A DNA stretch of 64,000 nucleotides from Actinomycetes bacterium (GCA_026708005.1 JAPOVR010000030.1:6933-70932); one strand, 5' to 3'. Shown: positions 46,101 through 56,162, counted from the stretch's first letter. Program-made: numbers and translations. The notes: a model not told the origin generated them from the sequence alone.

Positions 46101-47023
46101 ATCCGAACGTTTCCTTCAGCCGCGACGCCGATATCCGCCGACGTGCCGCCCATGTCGAGCGTGACGACGTTGTCGAACCCCGACATCTTCCCTGCCCAGA
46201 TCCCGCCGATCAGCCCGGCCACAGGACCGGACATGAGCATGTTGACGGGACGCCGGGTTGCCGATTCTACCGTTGCCATGCCGCCGGATGACTGCATCAG
46301 CTGCACGTCGCGCGCGAATCCCTCGCGCTGCATCGACTCGGCGAACCGCTCCACGTAGCGCGCCACCTTTGGCCCGACGTAGGCATTCAGGCAGACCGTC
46401 GAGAACCGCTCGAACTCGCGGTAGAGGGGAAGCACCTCGTGCGAGACGGAGAGGTAGGCCTCCGGGAACTCTTCGAGCACGATCTCCTTCACCCGTTGCT
46501 CGTGCGCGGGGTTGAGGTAAGAGTGGAGCAGACACACCGAAACGGCTTCGACGCCGGCAGCCTTGAGCCCGCGTACGCGCTCGCGCACCTCATCGTCGTC
46601 AAGCGACTCCAGAACGGCCCCATCGGGGACCGTGACCCGCTCCTTGACCGTCAGCCGATGGCGGCGCTTGACGAGTGGGCGCGACTGCCAGGGTAGTTCC
46701 TGCTGGAGCGAGAAGTTGTAGGGCTTCTTGTGCCGCGCGATGTGGAGGATGTCGCGGAAGCCCTCGGTCGTGATCATGCCGACCTCGGCTCCCGTGTGCG
46801 TGAGCGCGATGTTCGTCGCGACCGTCGTGCCATGGAGGAGGTTGTCGACATCCGGCAACGCCACATCCGCCTTCCCACAGAGCTCGCGGATTCCGTCGAC
46901 AACTCCGCGAGCGGGGTCGTCTGGAGTCGAGGGGACCTTGTCGACCGTAATCCGGCTAGCCTCTTCGTCGACGAGGATCAGGTCGGTGAACGTTCCACCG
47001 ACGTCAACGCCAATTCGCTTCAT
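43148..47023 (-). CDS. fused hydantoinase A/B - 5-oxoprolinase family ATP-dependent amidohydrolase (1291 aa)
   Basis: MKRIGVDVGGTFTDLILVD (HyuA N-terminus), followed by the HyuB domain in one polypeptide. GGAGGAG Shine-Dalgarno. Confidence 0.9.
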   Translation of the reverse strand: MKRIGVDVGGTFTDLILVDEEASRITVDKVPSTPDDPARGVVDGIRELCGKADVALPDVDNLLHGTTVATNIALTHTGAEVGMITTEGFRDILHIARHKKPYNFSLQQELPWQSRPLVKRRHRLTVKERVTVPDGAVLESLDDDEVRERVRGLKAAGVEAVSVCLLHSYLNPAHEQRVKEIVLEEFPEAYLSVSHEVLPLYREFERFSTVCLNAYVGPKVARYVERFAESMQREGFARDVQLMQSSGGMATVESATRRPVNMLMSGPVAGLIGGIWAGKMSGFDNVVTLDMGGTSADIGVAAEGNVRMRHLLDTKVGDYQAMVPMVDIDTIGAGGGSIAYVDEGGVFRTGPQSAGADPGPACYGRGGLQPTATDAQLLLGRIRAEQGLLGGAMRLDVDLAREAMKSVADSLGMLVEEAALGALQLQKYGMTQAIELNSVRRGYDPRDFTLVAAGGAGPLFACDIALELEIPRVLVPPYPGIVAATGLLATDLHHEFVATERHQLKNLDKERLALRFEQLVADAMRQLDRDAVPENRRLVRRLADCRYAGQGYEVRFDVPASEIDDAWVEQLQEGFHRAHELEYGQRFDAEVEIINIRAVGIGRMTELKATEVDPGDGDPAHAQILEREVIFDVDGVAERRLTPFYDRALLQAGDGVEGPAIIEQYDSTTLVPPGLTAEIDGFGNIIIDCTTRARSESRRGAELATPILMRVIGGAFSAIAKEMAGVLYRMSYSSIIRESEDLGAGIFDREGSNLAESDSTPMFMGAMPKIVKGVIRTLGDDIHEGDIILHNDPYLGATHTPDVAIVIPIFYGGELVGFSGASAHILDIGGAYPGLAIDLVDNWSEGNIYRAVKLAEKGVWQEKLWQHILENTRTPTHNRGDIQAMIAACELARARYIELLDRYGPAAVLGAASDWIDYSERMLRQEIAKVPDGRYETDVGWLDDDGVNRGKPLPVKVAVEINGDEIIYDLTGSSDEVPTGYNVPFEGTTVSAMTFITRMIFLDEEAYPVFVPQNEGMLRPVNVVAPKGSIFNPNYPRACFARFCQAQRAVDLALRALSPVVPEKITAGNSAHLHFISYSGFIPEESEYWVYLEVDEGSYGGRLDRDGLDSVDSLIANTRNNPIEELEWRFPMRTERYELRDEPAPPGRSRGGIGIVRVNRFLEDTIVTCEGERHDSDPPWGIFGGHGGLNASVRVHGSDGSVERWPSKFSGKTLHAGSAIEITVPSSGGYGDPLERDPELVLSDVLDGFATREQATEAYGVVLEPDLSGVDVQATAELRRKKAGQGAAATT

Positions 47024-47104
47024 CGCTCCTCCGGTCCCCTTTCACGACCATGCCGTGCGCTGCAGCTGCCCCGACACCAACCGGCAGCCGCAATCCGGCA
47101 CGCT

Positions 47105-47214
47105 CTCATTCGGCACGTTCTCGCGACAATCATGACACGATCGCCGCGCCACGCGTCCCACCCTCGCCGCTACGCTGATAGCGGGTGGAGGCACGGGGTG
47201 GCCCCTTTGGTGCC
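47105..47214 (+). repeat. dispersed intergenic repeat, copy D
   Basis: ATTCGGCACGTTCTCGCGACAATC (47108-47131) resembles the module-2 inverted repeat. 47177-47205 is 27/29 identical to 5544-5572. Hairpin GGCAC-GGGG-TGG-CCCC-TTTG-GTGCC (47190-47214). Followed (47250-47400) by degenerate GGGCAGCCCrGCGAG / GCCCGACAACCAC short tandem units. Confidence 0.6.
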
Positions 47215-47423
47215 TGTTCCATTCAGGCATGTCCCCAGACATCCACGTTTGGGGCGGCGAGCTGCGGGGCAGCCCGGCGAGCCGCGGGACGGCCCAGCAA
47301 GGCGCGGGGCAGCCCAGCGAGACGCAGGGTGGCCTGGCCCAGACGCAGGCGGCCCGACAACCACGCGGGCAGCCCGACAACCACAGGCTCCGCGCCGGCC
47401 AGCCGCGCCGTCACGCGGCTGTC

Positions 47424-48077
47424 TCACGAGCGCGCTGCAAGCAGCCCGCGGTGGACAGCATCGCCGACGAGCTCGAGCGCGAGAGCCGTCGGATCGATGA
47501 CAACCGGGCCCGCCTCGGGGCGAACCTCGACGGCCGAGCAGCCGTTGATGACCGAGTCGACGCCGCTCGGTTGCAGCTCGACAAGCGCCTTGTCGAGCGC
47601 GTCGTTCCAGGTGTCGGTGCGGACAACGTCCTCGAAGGAGAGGTGCAGCACGCGAAGGGCCTCCACGCGATCGCGATGGCCGAAGTCGATGAGACGACGC
47701 TGCAACTCGTCGGCGATCGCCTCATTCCGCGCCACGCCGCCGATGCGATGCCCGAGGCCTGTCAGGTAACCCGAGACGAGCCGCGTGATACCGACAACCG
47801 GCCCGGTCGCGTCAACCTCGAGGCGCTCGAGCGAGGGATCCAGCACGCAATCGAGCAGCACGCCACCGTAACGCGACCAGTCCGTTCGCATGACCTCCGC
47901 GTAGACGCAGTCCGCCGATGCGAGGATATCGTCCGGGCTGTCGAGGCGGTCCGGCCCCTCGCTGGGGCTTGCCATCTCGATCTCGATTCTCTCGGGGGAG
48001 AGCGAGTCGTAGCGCCGCTGCCGGCGCTCAAGCTCGACGGCCGGGAGCACGACCGGCGCAACCGCACGCAGCCTCAT
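47424..48077 (-). CDS. Asp/Glu/hydantoin racemase-family protein
   Basis: 217 aa. LLDCVLDPSLERL and INGCSAVEV are the two pseudo-symmetric Cys-containing active-site regions of the family. ATGA overlap with the upstream gene. Confidence 0.7.
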   Translation of the reverse strand: MRLRAVAPVVLPAVELERRQRRYDSLSPERIEIEMASPSEGPDRLDSPDDILASADCVYAEVMRTDWSRYGGVLLDCVLDPSLERLEVDATGPVVGITRLVSGYLTGLGHRIGGVARNEAIADELQRRLIDFGHRDRVEALRVLHLSFEDVVRTDTWNDALDKALVELQPSGVDSVINGCSAVEVRPEAGPVVIDPTALALELVGDAVHRGLLAARS

Positions 48078-49450
48078 GACTGCCCCAGCCTCGCGAGGTC
48101 CGCAAGGTGGACGCTCACCGAGAGCGCCTCAGGTAACCCCACCACGAGGTTCCGCAAGGCACTGGCATCCACCAGCCCAAGCAGGGTAGCGAGTTTCTGC
48201 TCGATCTCGCGCCACCCGAGCGGGCTGCAGTCAGCGTCCCCGATCGGGTTTCTCGCCTCTGCTTGCAGCCGTACCCCGTCTGCCATCACAACCGAGACAC
48301 GGGCGCCCCGCTCTGCCGGAAGCCGAGCCTCGAACTCGTCGCTTGCCCGAACCGAGACTCGCTCGGCAAGCCGCTGGACGGCAGGATCAGCGCGCCGCTG
48401 CGCACCGCTCGCCGTTGGCCCGAAACTCCCCTCGCGCAGGGTCTCTGCAATGACATAGGGGATCGAGAACATCGCACCGAGCCGCGTGCCGTACTCGGCG
48501 CGGCCGAGCCGGCTCGCCAACTCGTACGTTTCGACCTCAACCGCGGCGACGGAATCGGAATCGATCGCGTGCTCTGCACGCAACGCGAGGACGGCGTCGG
48601 CGGCGGGATGCGTATACGCGCAGGCGGCGTGGCGCTTGAAGTAGCCGCCCATGATCTCGTACCGCTCGCCCAGCCCGTCAGCGAGCGCAGAGACGTCCAG
48701 CGTCCCGAGAATCCGACCGAAGCTCTCGCTGGCCGTCCCGTCGGGCGCAGCGAGGCCGGCAAGCGCGAGACGCGCCGCGGTCAGACCCGCGACCGACGCC
48801 GCCCCGATCCACGTATTTCGAACGAAGCTGCCGGCGAAGACCGTGCTGAACGGCGGCGCGAGCGCAAGACCGCTCGCAGCATCGATCGCGCCGGCGAGCG
48901 CCACGCCGTCGAGACCAACGAGCCGCCCCGCAGCCGTCGCTGCTCCAACTGCACCCCAGGTGCCGTGCGGATGCACTCCGGGGTCGAGCACCGTCGCGCG
49001 ACCGAAGCGGGCGGCCACGTCGTACCCGGCGAGGAACGCGGCGAGCCAATGCTCTCCCGGGCCTTCGTAGGTCGAACCCACAGCGACAGCGGCCGGCAGC
49101 GTGTGGGCGGCCGGGTGCCCCCGAGCGTACTTCGAGCCCTCGTCGAGCTCGAGCGAGCAGACGTTCGTCCCGTTGATCCAGCAGGCTGACTCCTCGCTGG
49201 CCGTCTGGCCCGTGCCCACGAGGGGAACGGATCCCGGCGCGGGATCCCACACAGAAATCAACGCTCGCGCCTCGTCGGTCTGCGCACCGGCAGCCATGAC
49301 GCCCAGCGTGTCGTAGAGCACGAGCAGCGTCCGATCTTTCACCGCATCGGGCGCCGCAGCCCACTCGAGCTCACCGGCGAAACTCCCGAGCACCCCGAGC
49401 GCATCGGCCACCGCAGCCCGCTCGGGCGCTGTCGCGAACGCCTCGCTCAC
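48074..49450 (-). CDS. MmgE/PrpD-family protein (2-methylcitrate dehydratase-like)
   Basis: DRTLLVLYDTLGVMAAGAQT and family-length two-domain architecture. Start set to GTG 49450, preceded by GGAGGAG. The ORF is open to 49672. Confidence 0.75.
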   Translation of the reverse strand: MSEAFATAPERAAVADALGVLGSFAGELEWAAAPDAVKDRTLLVLYDTLGVMAAGAQTDEARALISVWDPAPGSVPLVGTGQTASEESACWINGTNVCSLELDEGSKYARGHPAAHTLPAAVAVGSTYEGPGEHWLAAFLAGYDVAARFGRATVLDPGVHPHGTWGAVGAATAAGRLVGLDGVALAGAIDAASGLALAPPFSTVFAGSFVRNTWIGAASVAGLTAARLALAGLAAPDGTASESFGRILGTLDVSALADGLGERYEIMGGYFKRHAACAYTHPAADAVLALRAEHAIDSDSVAAVEVETYELASRLGRAEYGTRLGAMFSIPYVIAETLREGSFGPTASGAQRRADPAVQRLAERVSVRASDEFEARLPAERGARVSVVMADGVRLQAEARNPIGDADCSPLGWREIEQKLATLLGLVDASALRNLVVGLPEALSVSVHLADLARLGQS

Positions 49451-49764
49451 GCGGCTCCTCCGGGCTGGGGCGGCACAGGCTCGCAGCCCGCAGCCCCGGG
49501 CTGCCCGATCCGCCCGGCGCCGCATGCGGAGGGACCTGCCCGGCCGCCGCAGCTGCCGGAAGCGCGCAGCAGCCGCCCAGCGGGCGTCAGCGAGGGCCAC
49601 CGAGACCCGATCGGCGGCCTGCATGCCGCGGCGCTCGAAGACGTTCGGCTCGGCAGCGCCATGGCCTGCCACCCCGGCTCCGGCACCGGCTCGCCAATCC
49701 GCACGTTCCTCCTCCCGATCAGGCCGCTACGACAGCGATCCTACGAGAGCGGAAGCGGAAACGC

Positions 49765-50472
49765 TCAGGTGATGAAGGAGCGTCCATCGGCGCGACCGTG
49801 GCGGAGTGCGTGAATCTCGAGCTCCGGCATGGTCGAGCGCATCTCGGCGAGTGAGCTCGAGCCTGCCACCTCAGCCGCGGCTGCGATCACCGGCTCGAGC
49901 TCGACCAAGAGCCGCTGTGCGCGGCGCGACGTGAGGCGGCCGAGCCGCACGGCAGCCGAGAGCATGGCACTGGCACTGCCGCGAACGCTGAGCAGTGCAA
50001 CGACCGAACCCGGAAGGCCGCGCGCGGCGGCAGCCGCACCTTCGACGACACAGAGGTTTCCGTCGGCCTCACCCGCAACCACGCGGTCGAAGTAGCCGCG
50101 CGCTGGCTCGGCGGTGAGATCGGCATCGGTGAGGCCGAGGGCCAGCCGAGCAAGCTGTCTCCCACAGGACGTCGATGCGAGCCGAGCGCTGGGGATCAGG
50201 CGTCGCGCGGTCACCGCACAGTCGACCTCGACGAGCGCCGCGCAGGTGCGCGCAGCGCAGGCGAGCGCTGCCGCCACCCCATCGAGAGGACCGGAGGACT
50301 CGGTTATCTGCGATTCCACGAGCTCGCGGATGTGCGCGTCCCCGAGCGCGGGAGAGGCGGCAAGCAGCGCCTCCAGCCCCTGCGAGTGGGCAAAGCGACC
50401 GATCGGCAGCGCGCTATCGCCGAGCTGGAGAGCAACGAGCAGCGATCGGGTATCCACGTCGCTAATCCTCAC
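49765..50472 (-). CDS. ureF: urease accessory protein UreF
   Basis: LLVALQLGDSALPIGRFAHSQGLE is the UreF N-terminal signature. Start is GTG 50472 or 50457. Confidence 0.8.
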   Translation of the reverse strand: MRISDVDTRSLLVALQLGDSALPIGRFAHSQGLEALLAASPALGDAHIRELVESQITESSGPLDGVAAALACAARTCAALVEVDCAVTARRLIPSARLASTSCGRQLARLALGLTDADLTAEPARGYFDRVVAGEADGNLCVVEGAAAAARGLPGSVVALLSVRGSASAMLSAAVRLGRLTSRRAQRLLVELEPVIAAAAEVAGSSSLAEMRSTMPELEIHALRHGRADGRSFIT

Positions 50473-50762
50473 AGTGCTGGGCCGGCGCTGCACGGTTGTC
50501 CGAACGCCAAGCCCCCAGGTAGGAGCCGCGCAGCTCGGAGGGGACGTCACCCGCGTGGATGTGGACGCCGGCGGTACGGAGCGGGCATGGAGTCGCAGGG
50601 CCTCGGCGCAGCACGCAGCCTCGTGGGTCGATCTGGGTGCTTTCGGCCGCCCCACGGCGGATAGCGGCAGCAGGCAGCCGGAGTGCATGCAGCCATGGCG
50701 GTGCGATCCACGGTGTGCGCTCTGTGCCTGGCGAAGTCACCTGATCGCCGTGCCGGACCGCC

Positions 50763-50885
50763 CACCGCCGAGCGGCCCTCAAGGGAAACCCTCGACCGCC
50801 GAGCAGCCCTGAAGGGCAGCCGCCTGCCGCCGAGCGGCCCTCAAGGACGGGCCGGCCCCACCCACCACCCCCCCGGGGGGAGCAC
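50763..50885 (+). repeat. 3 x ~31-nt tandem repeat plus partial copy of the dispersed-repeat hairpin seed, inside the urease operon
   Basis: CCGCCGAGCrGCCCTsAAGG occurs at 50766-, 50797- and 50828-. It is followed by CCCACCACCCCCCCCGGGGGG (50861-50880), similar to 11778-11797. Confidence 0.6.
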
Positions 50886-50952
50886 GGCGCGGCGCAGCAC
50901 GACGAAGCGGCGCGGCGCAGACCGGCCTCATCGCCTGCCAGCAGCCCGTAAC

Positions 50953-51453
50953 TCAGTGGTGGTGACCGTGGATGTGACCGCTCAGCGGCTGGTCGCATCC
51001 GAGGCGCACGCGCTCGATAGACGCCTCGACCCCGGCAAGGCGGAGCGAGCGCACGGTCTGCTCGGCGAGCTCCGCGCTCGACGTGATCGGTGCCCGCAGC
51101 TCGTCTTCGGCGACCTCGATCGGCACATGCTGATTGCCGAAGGCGTGGCCGAGCCGCAGAGCTGCTGCCACCCGCTCCTTTGCGGACAGTTCGGGCGCGA
51201 ATCGCACGACGAGCGCATCCTCCGGCTTTCGATCCACGACGATGATGCGCGTGCCGTCGTCGTCGAGCACGGCGCCGTGGTGCAGGTAGGCTCCGCGGGG
51301 CACGTCAACCGCCACGTCCGTGCCCCCCTCCGACCGCAGGCGCAGGCGCCGCTTGGACGCATCGGCGGTGGCAACCTCGACTCGCTCGGTCAGGCGGCCC
51401 GCAAAGCGCTCCTCGCCACAGCTACCAACCAGGGCGCGGACGTGAACGGTCAC
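50953..51453 (-). CDS. ureE: urease accessory protein UreE (His-rich tail)
   Basis: LGHAFGNQHVPIEV and C-terminal GHIHGHHH. GTG 51453 overlaps the ureD stop (GTGA). Confidence 0.8.
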   Translation of the reverse strand: MTVHVRALVGSCGEERFAGRLTERVEVATADASKRRLRLRSEGGTDVAVDVPRGAYLHHGAVLDDDGTRIIVVDRKPEDALVVRFAPELSAKERVAAALRLGHAFGNQHVPIEVAEDELRAPITSSAELAEQTVRSLRLAGVEASIERVRLGCDQPLSGHIHGHHH

Positions 51454-52307
51454 TTGCGCCTCGGCGGCAGCGCGAGCCCGAGCAGGGCTCGCCGTGCAGC
51501 GGCCCACGCCTCGTCGAGCGCCCGCCGCGCCGCCGGCGCCGACTCGGCGAGGACGCGCGCAACCGCCCCTGAGCCATACGGCAGCTCGCCAGCCGCTGCA
51601 ACCGCCCCGTCCGGCTCACCCAGCACATCGTCCATCGTCTGTGCAAGCGCACCCGAGAGACCGGGACGATCGGTCACGGCAATCAGCGTCCCGACGTAGG
51701 CCCACTGACCAAGAACACCGGCCGCTGAGACAGCTCGGCGAGCCGGCTCCAGCTGCATCGTCTCGGCACAGAGCTCGGAGTCCGCCGGCCCGCGCACGCT
51801 GGTGCTGAGATTCAGCCGGGTGTAGGCGAACCGCTCACCCCGCGCTAAGCGGCCGGGCGCAACGAGCTCGGTGCCGACGAACGACGCCCCCCGCCCGAGC
51901 CGAACGCACAGCGACTGCTCGAGGCGCGATCGGGCGTGGGGGATCAGCGTGTCAGGCACGTACTCGAGGTATGCGCCATCGCCAACCGAAAGGTCAACGT
52001 GCTGCTCGGCGCCTCGGTCGTCTGTGCGGTACACCTTGGTCGCGGACTGCGTTGTCAGGTGCGCACGGGTCTCGTTCCCGGCATCGACCTTGACGACGAG
52101 CCGGTCGCCGCCAAACAGACCGCCGGTGGGGTTCTGGACGTAGATGAAGGCCATGGTCTCATCCTGCGCGTCCAGGTAGTGCGGCACCGTCATACGCAGC
52201 GGAAACGCCTGACGCCGAGAGGCAAGCTCGGTTCGGCCGTCCGTGCCGACCCGCAGGCCAAGCTCCAGGCGGCCGCCCGCCGGGCGGTCCCACCCGCTGA
52301 TGTTCAT
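51450..52307 (-). CDS. ureD: urease accessory protein UreD/UreH
   Basis: [17 protein letters not shown] and [10 protein letters not shown] motifs, 285 aa. Confidence 0.85.
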   Translation of the reverse strand: MNISGWDRPAGGRLELGLRVGTDGRTELASRRQAFPLRMTVPHYLDAQDETMAFIYVQNPTGGLFGGDRLVVKVDAGNETRAHLTTQSATKVYRTDDRGAEQHVDLSVGDGAYLEYVPDTLIPHARSRLEQSLCVRLGRGASFVGTELVAPGRLARGERFAYTRLNLSTSVRGPADSELCAETMQLEPARRAVSAAGVLGQWAYVGTLIAVTDRPGLSGALAQTMDDVLGEPDGAVAAAGELPYGSGAVARVLAESAPAARRALDEAWAAARRALLGLALPPRRK

Positions 52308-52918
52308 CGCGCAGCGCCGTCGAAGAGCACCGCGTGGTTCACGTGAGCCAGGACCTCCCCGGCGTCCCCGGCGCGCAGGTCGGTGAAGACCGTCGGCCGG
52401 TCAGGCCGCACCACCTCGAGATCCCAGCGCATGCGCTCGAGATCGGCGCCGACATACGGCGCGAGGTCGATCTTGTTCACGACGAGCAGATCGGCCTGGA
52501 TGATGCCCAGACCCCGCTTGCGAGGGATGTCGTCACCCGCGGCGACATCGATGATGTAGAGCCAGTGATCGACCAACTCGGCGCTGAACGTCGAGGCGAG
52601 GTTATCGCCGCCAGACTCGATCAATACGAGGTCGAGGTCGTGCGTGCGCTCGAGGCGCTCGGCAACGTCCAGGTTCATCGAGGGATCCTCACGGATTGCG
52701 GTGTGCGGGCATGCACCGGTCTCGACGCCGGCGACGAGCGACGGATCGATCAACCCTCCGCGCTTCACGCGCTCGGCATCCTCGGTCGTGACGAGGTCGT
52801 TGGTAATCACGGCGACGCGCCGACCCTGCTCGTGCAGAAGCGGGAGCAGCCGCTCGATCAGCCGGGTCTTGCCCGACCCGACCGGCCCACCGATCCCCAC
52901 GCGAACGGCCGAGCTCAC
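52304..52918 (-). CDS. ureG: urease accessory GTPase UreG
   Basis: [21 protein letters not shown]-loop, [23 protein letters not shown] 52918 overlaps the ureC stop. Confidence 0.9.
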   Translation of the reverse strand: MSSAVRVGIGGPVGSGKTRLIERLLPLLHEQGRRVAVITNDLVTTEDAERVKRGGLIDPSLVAGVETGACPHTAIREDPSMNLDVAERLERTHDLDLVLIESGGDNLASTFSAELVDHWLYIIDVAAGDDIPRKRGLGIIQADLLVVNKIDLAPYVGADLERMRWDLEVVRPDRPTVFTDLRAGDAGEVLAHVNHAVLFDGAAR

Positions 52919-54630
52919 TTCAGAACGTAGAGCGGCCCGAGCGGCACCCGCGCAAGCGGCTCGCACGAGCAGAGCTCGCCGTTGACCTCGACCCGATACG
53001 TCTCGGGGTCGACGGTGATCTCGGGCACGGCGTCGTTCCAGGCGAGATCTCGCTTCTGGAGCGTGCGGGTTCCCGTCGGCGCAACCACGCGCTTCCGGAG
53101 GCCAATTCGCTCTGGCACGCCATCCTCGATTGCCCCTTGCGCCATGAACGTGACCGCCAGCGCCTCTTTCGCCCGACCGTACGCACCCCACTGCGGTCGA
53201 TAGGAGAGGGGCTCGCAGGTCATCAGCGACGCATTCGACTCGCCCATCACCGAATAGGCAGGGAAGCCCCCTTTGAAGACGACCTCGGGCTTAATCCCGA
53301 AGAACTTCGGCTCCCACAGGACGATGTCGGCAAGCTTGCCGGTCTCGATCGAGCCGATCTCGTGGTCGATGCCAAAGATGCGGGCCGCATTGAGCGTCAC
53401 CTTCGAGACGTAGCGCTTGACCCTCGTGTTGTCGTTCCCAGACCCCTCGTCCTCAGGGAGCGATCCACGCTCGGCCTTCATGTGGGAGGCAACCTGCCAG
53501 GTGCGCGCGATGGTCTCGCCGATCCGGCCCATGCCCTGCGAGTCAGACCCCATGACGCTGATCGCGCCGAGATCGTGCAGCACGTCCTCGGCAGCGATCG
53601 TCTCGCGGCGAATCCGCGACTCGGCGAACGCGACGTCCTCAGGGACTCGCGGATTCAGGTGATGACACACCATCACCATGTCGAGGTGCTCGTCGAAGGT
53701 GTTGACCGTGAACGGGTTCGTCGGGTTCGTCGAGGATGGGAGGCAGTTGGCCTCCCCGGAGACGCGGATGATGTCCGGCGCGTGCCCGCCTCCAGCCCCT
53801 TCGGAGTGGTACGTGTGGATCGTCCGTCCGCCGATCGCGTCCATCGTCTGCTCGAAGAAGCCAGACTCATTGAGCGTGTCGGTGTGGATCTGAACCTGGA
53901 CGTCGAGCTCATCCGCGGCATCGAGCGACGCGTGGATCACCGCGGGCGTCGCGCCCCAGTCCTCGTGGATCTTCAGACCGATGGCCCCGGCGCGGAGCTG
54001 CTCGAGCAGCGGCTCGACCGAGCTCGCGCTGCCGTTCCCGAGGAACCCGAAGTTGACCGGGAAGTCTTCGGCTGCCTGGAACATGCGGGCGAGGTTGAAC
54101 GTGCCCGACGAGCAGATGCCGACCGTGACAGGCCCGAGCCCTCCCCCGATCATGGTCGTGACGCCGCTTGCGATCGCTTCCTCGCAGAGGCCGGCGGAGT
54201 CGAAGTGAACGTGCACGTCGATCGCACCCGGCGTGGCGATCATTCCCTCGGCAGAGCGAACGTCGGTGCCCGCTCCCACGACGAGGCTCGGGTCGACGCC
54301 GTCCATGATCTGCGGATTCCCAGCCTTGCCGACGCCGGCGATACGTCCGTCCTTGATGCCGATGTCTGTCTTGATAACCCCGTGCACCGGATCGATCAGC
54401 AGCACATTCGAGATGACGAAATCGAGCGCGCCGTCCTCGTTGGTCTTCCCGCCATGAACGCCAAGCCCGTCGCGCAGCGTCTTGCCGCCACCAAACACGC
54501 ACTCGTCGCCCGGCACGATGTTGTCGCGCTCGACCTCAGCCCAGAGGTCGGTGTCTCCCAGCCTGATGCGATCGCCCACCGTTGGGCCGAACAGCTCGAC
54601 GTACTCGCGGCGGGTGAGCTTCCTCGGCAT
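52915..54630 (-). CDS. ureC: urease alpha subunit
   Basis: 571 aa. [42 protein letters not shown] nickel-ligand motifs. Confidence 0.95.
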   Translation of the reverse strand: MPRKLTRREYVELFGPTVGDRIRLGDTDLWAEVERDNIVPGDECVFGGGKTLRDGLGVHGGKTNEDGALDFVISNVLLIDPVHGVIKTDIGIKDGRIAGVGKAGNPQIMDGVDPSLVVGAGTDVRSAEGMIATPGAIDVHVHFDSAGLCEEAIASGVTTMIGGGLGPVTVGICSSGTFNLARMFQAAEDFPVNFGFLGNGSASSVEPLLEQLRAGAIGLKIHEDWGATPAVIHASLDAADELDVQVQIHTDTLNESGFFEQTMDAIGGRTIHTYHSEGAGGGHAPDIIRVSGEANCLPSSTNPTNPFTVNTFDEHLDMVMVCHHLNPRVPEDVAFAESRIRRETIAAEDVLHDLGAISVMGSDSQGMGRIGETIARTWQVASHMKAERGSLPEDEGSGNDNTRVKRYVSKVTLNAARIFGIDHEIGSIETGKLADIVLWEPKFFGIKPEVVFKGGFPAYSVMGESNASLMTCEPLSYRPQWGAYGRAKEALAVTFMAQGAIEDGVPERIGLRKRVVAPTGTRTLQKRDLAWNDAVPEITVDPETYRVEVNGELCSCEPLARVPLGPLYVLK

Positions 54631-55325
54631 CAGCCCTCACCCCCTGCCCCGCGGAACCCTGCCGCGGCTGCGCGAGCGAGCGCCTCGTCAAGACGGTCGG
54701 CTGACGTCCTCCCTTCCGTCAGCTGGTTCAGCCCATGCACGCTGCGGTCGCCACCAAAGGCGACGAGCTGGACCTCTCGCTCCTCGCCCGGCTCGAACCG
54801 CACCGCCGTTCCGGCCGGGATATCGAGGCGCATGCCGAACGCCTCCGAGCGGTCGAACGCCAGCTCGGGGTTCACCTCGAAGAAGTGGTAGTGCGAGCCG
54901 ACCTGGACTGGGCGGTCGCCGACGTTCGCAACCATGACAGCCGCGCTCTCGCGCCCCTCGTTGAGAATCACGTCGCCATCGGCCAGCTCGTACCCGCCCG
55001 GCTCGACCTCATCGGCACCCCCGCGCGGGATGGGGTCGTGCACGGTGACGAGCTTCTGCCCATCGGGAAACATGGCCTCGACTTGGAGCGTCCCCATTAG
55101 CTGCGGCACGCCCCGCATGACGTCGTCAGCCGTCAAGAGCGTGGCACCAAAGCCCATTAGCTCGGCGACGCTGCGGCCGTCGCGCGCGCCTTCGCAGATC
55201 TCATCGGCTATCAGGGCGCGCGCCTCTGGATAGTTCAGCTTGAGGCCTCGGGCTCGTCGTCTCCGGGCTAACTCGGCGGCCAAGAAGAGGAGGAGGCGGT
55301 CGGCCTCCTTGGGGCTCAGATGCAT
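54630..55325 (-). CDS. ureAB: fused urease gamma-beta subunit
   Basis: [35 protein letters not shown] (gamma) continues in frame into [17 protein letters not shown]...[10 protein letters not shown] (beta). GGAGG Shine-Dalgarno. Confidence 0.9.
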   Translation of the reverse strand: MHLSPKEADRLLLFLAAELARRRRARGLKLNYPEARALIADEICEGARDGRSVAELMGFGATLLTADDVMRGVPQLMGTLQVEAMFPDGQKLVTVHDPIPRGGADEVEPGGYELADGDVILNEGRESAAVMVANVGDRPVQVGSHYHFFEVNPELAFDRSEAFGMRLDIPAGTAVRFEPGEEREVQLVAFGGDRSVHGLNQLTEGRTSADRLDEALARAAAAGFRGAGGEG

Positions 55326-55739
55326 GTCGCGCCTCCTACGTTCGCGAGGATGCGGGCCATCGGCGGCTAGACGGTCGGTCGACGACTGGGTGCTGTTGAG
55401 CTATCGAGAACCATCGAGGCCGGATGCGTGTTCAGGCGATTGCGCATTATGGCCGCCCGAGCGACTCCCATGTCGCCGGGTCTCGATGCCGATCGGGAAG
55501 CACGGGCCGCCACCCTCGCCGGGCACGTCCTGAGCCCGCGCGGAGGCTCACCCCTAGCGGAGCAACCCGACCGCAGCCTCGGTGGCAGGCCCTCTACGGG
55601 CGGAGCCGCACTGATTACCCCGCGGCCTGAGCGCGAACGGCGCGGCGTGGCTGCAGGGGCCAGTTCAACCGGCGATCGTGGCGGTGCAGCACGAGCGGGG
55701 TCGGGATGCGCATCTTCCGCCCACCAGCGCAGCGATCCT

Positions 55740-56162
55740 CTACGGCTCGAGCGTGAACTCGATGTCTTGGGCTCCCTGCCACTGCACGAGCCGCCCGAGC
55801 TCGGCGAGCTGATCCCGTCCCTCCACGACTGTCAGGAAGTGGTTGCCCGCAAGCGGCCCAGCAACGCTGGCGAAGTAGGTTGCGCCGTAGGGAACCAGGA
55901 TCTCGACCTCGCTCACGCCCCCCGGATAGAAGAGCAGCTCGCCTGCTCCCGGAATCGTGGTCGCGTTCTCCGGGGGAAGCTTGACGTCGTCGCGGAAACC
56001 GAGCGGAACCCACGCAGCGAAGCCGCTCCAGCGCGCCTGCAGGACCTTGCTGCGGTAGGGCAGGAGCGAGCGGAACAGCGCGCACGTCGCCGGCGCTGCC
56101 TCCTTCTCGAGGCGACCCACAAAGCGAAGCGGCCCGGCGCTGATCGAGACTAAGTCGGACAC
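55740..56162 (-). CDS. small cyclophilin-fold-like protein (DUF3830-like), function unknown
   Basis: 140 aa. ...EAAPATCALFRSLLPYRSKVLQARWSGFAAW... resembles the AP-TC...LP...RWSG pattern I associate with DUF3830. Assignment from memory only. Confidence 0.45.
   Translation of the reverse strand: MSDLVSISAGPLRFVGRLEKEAAPATCALFRSLLPYRSKVLQARWSGFAAWVPLGFRDDVKLPPENATTIPGAGELLFYPGGVSEVEILVPYGATYFASVAGPLAGNHFLTVVEGRDQLAELGRLVQWQGAQDIEFTLEP

Noticed and set aside
55326-55739. Riboswitch (e.g. guanidine/ykkC) or GlnR box in the 414-nt urease leader
   Set aside because: No match to the ykkC core (GGGA…ACACGG…) or to gTnAc-n6-GaAAc that I could verify. Only a good GGAGG Shine-Dalgarno is clear. Left as an unexplained spacer.
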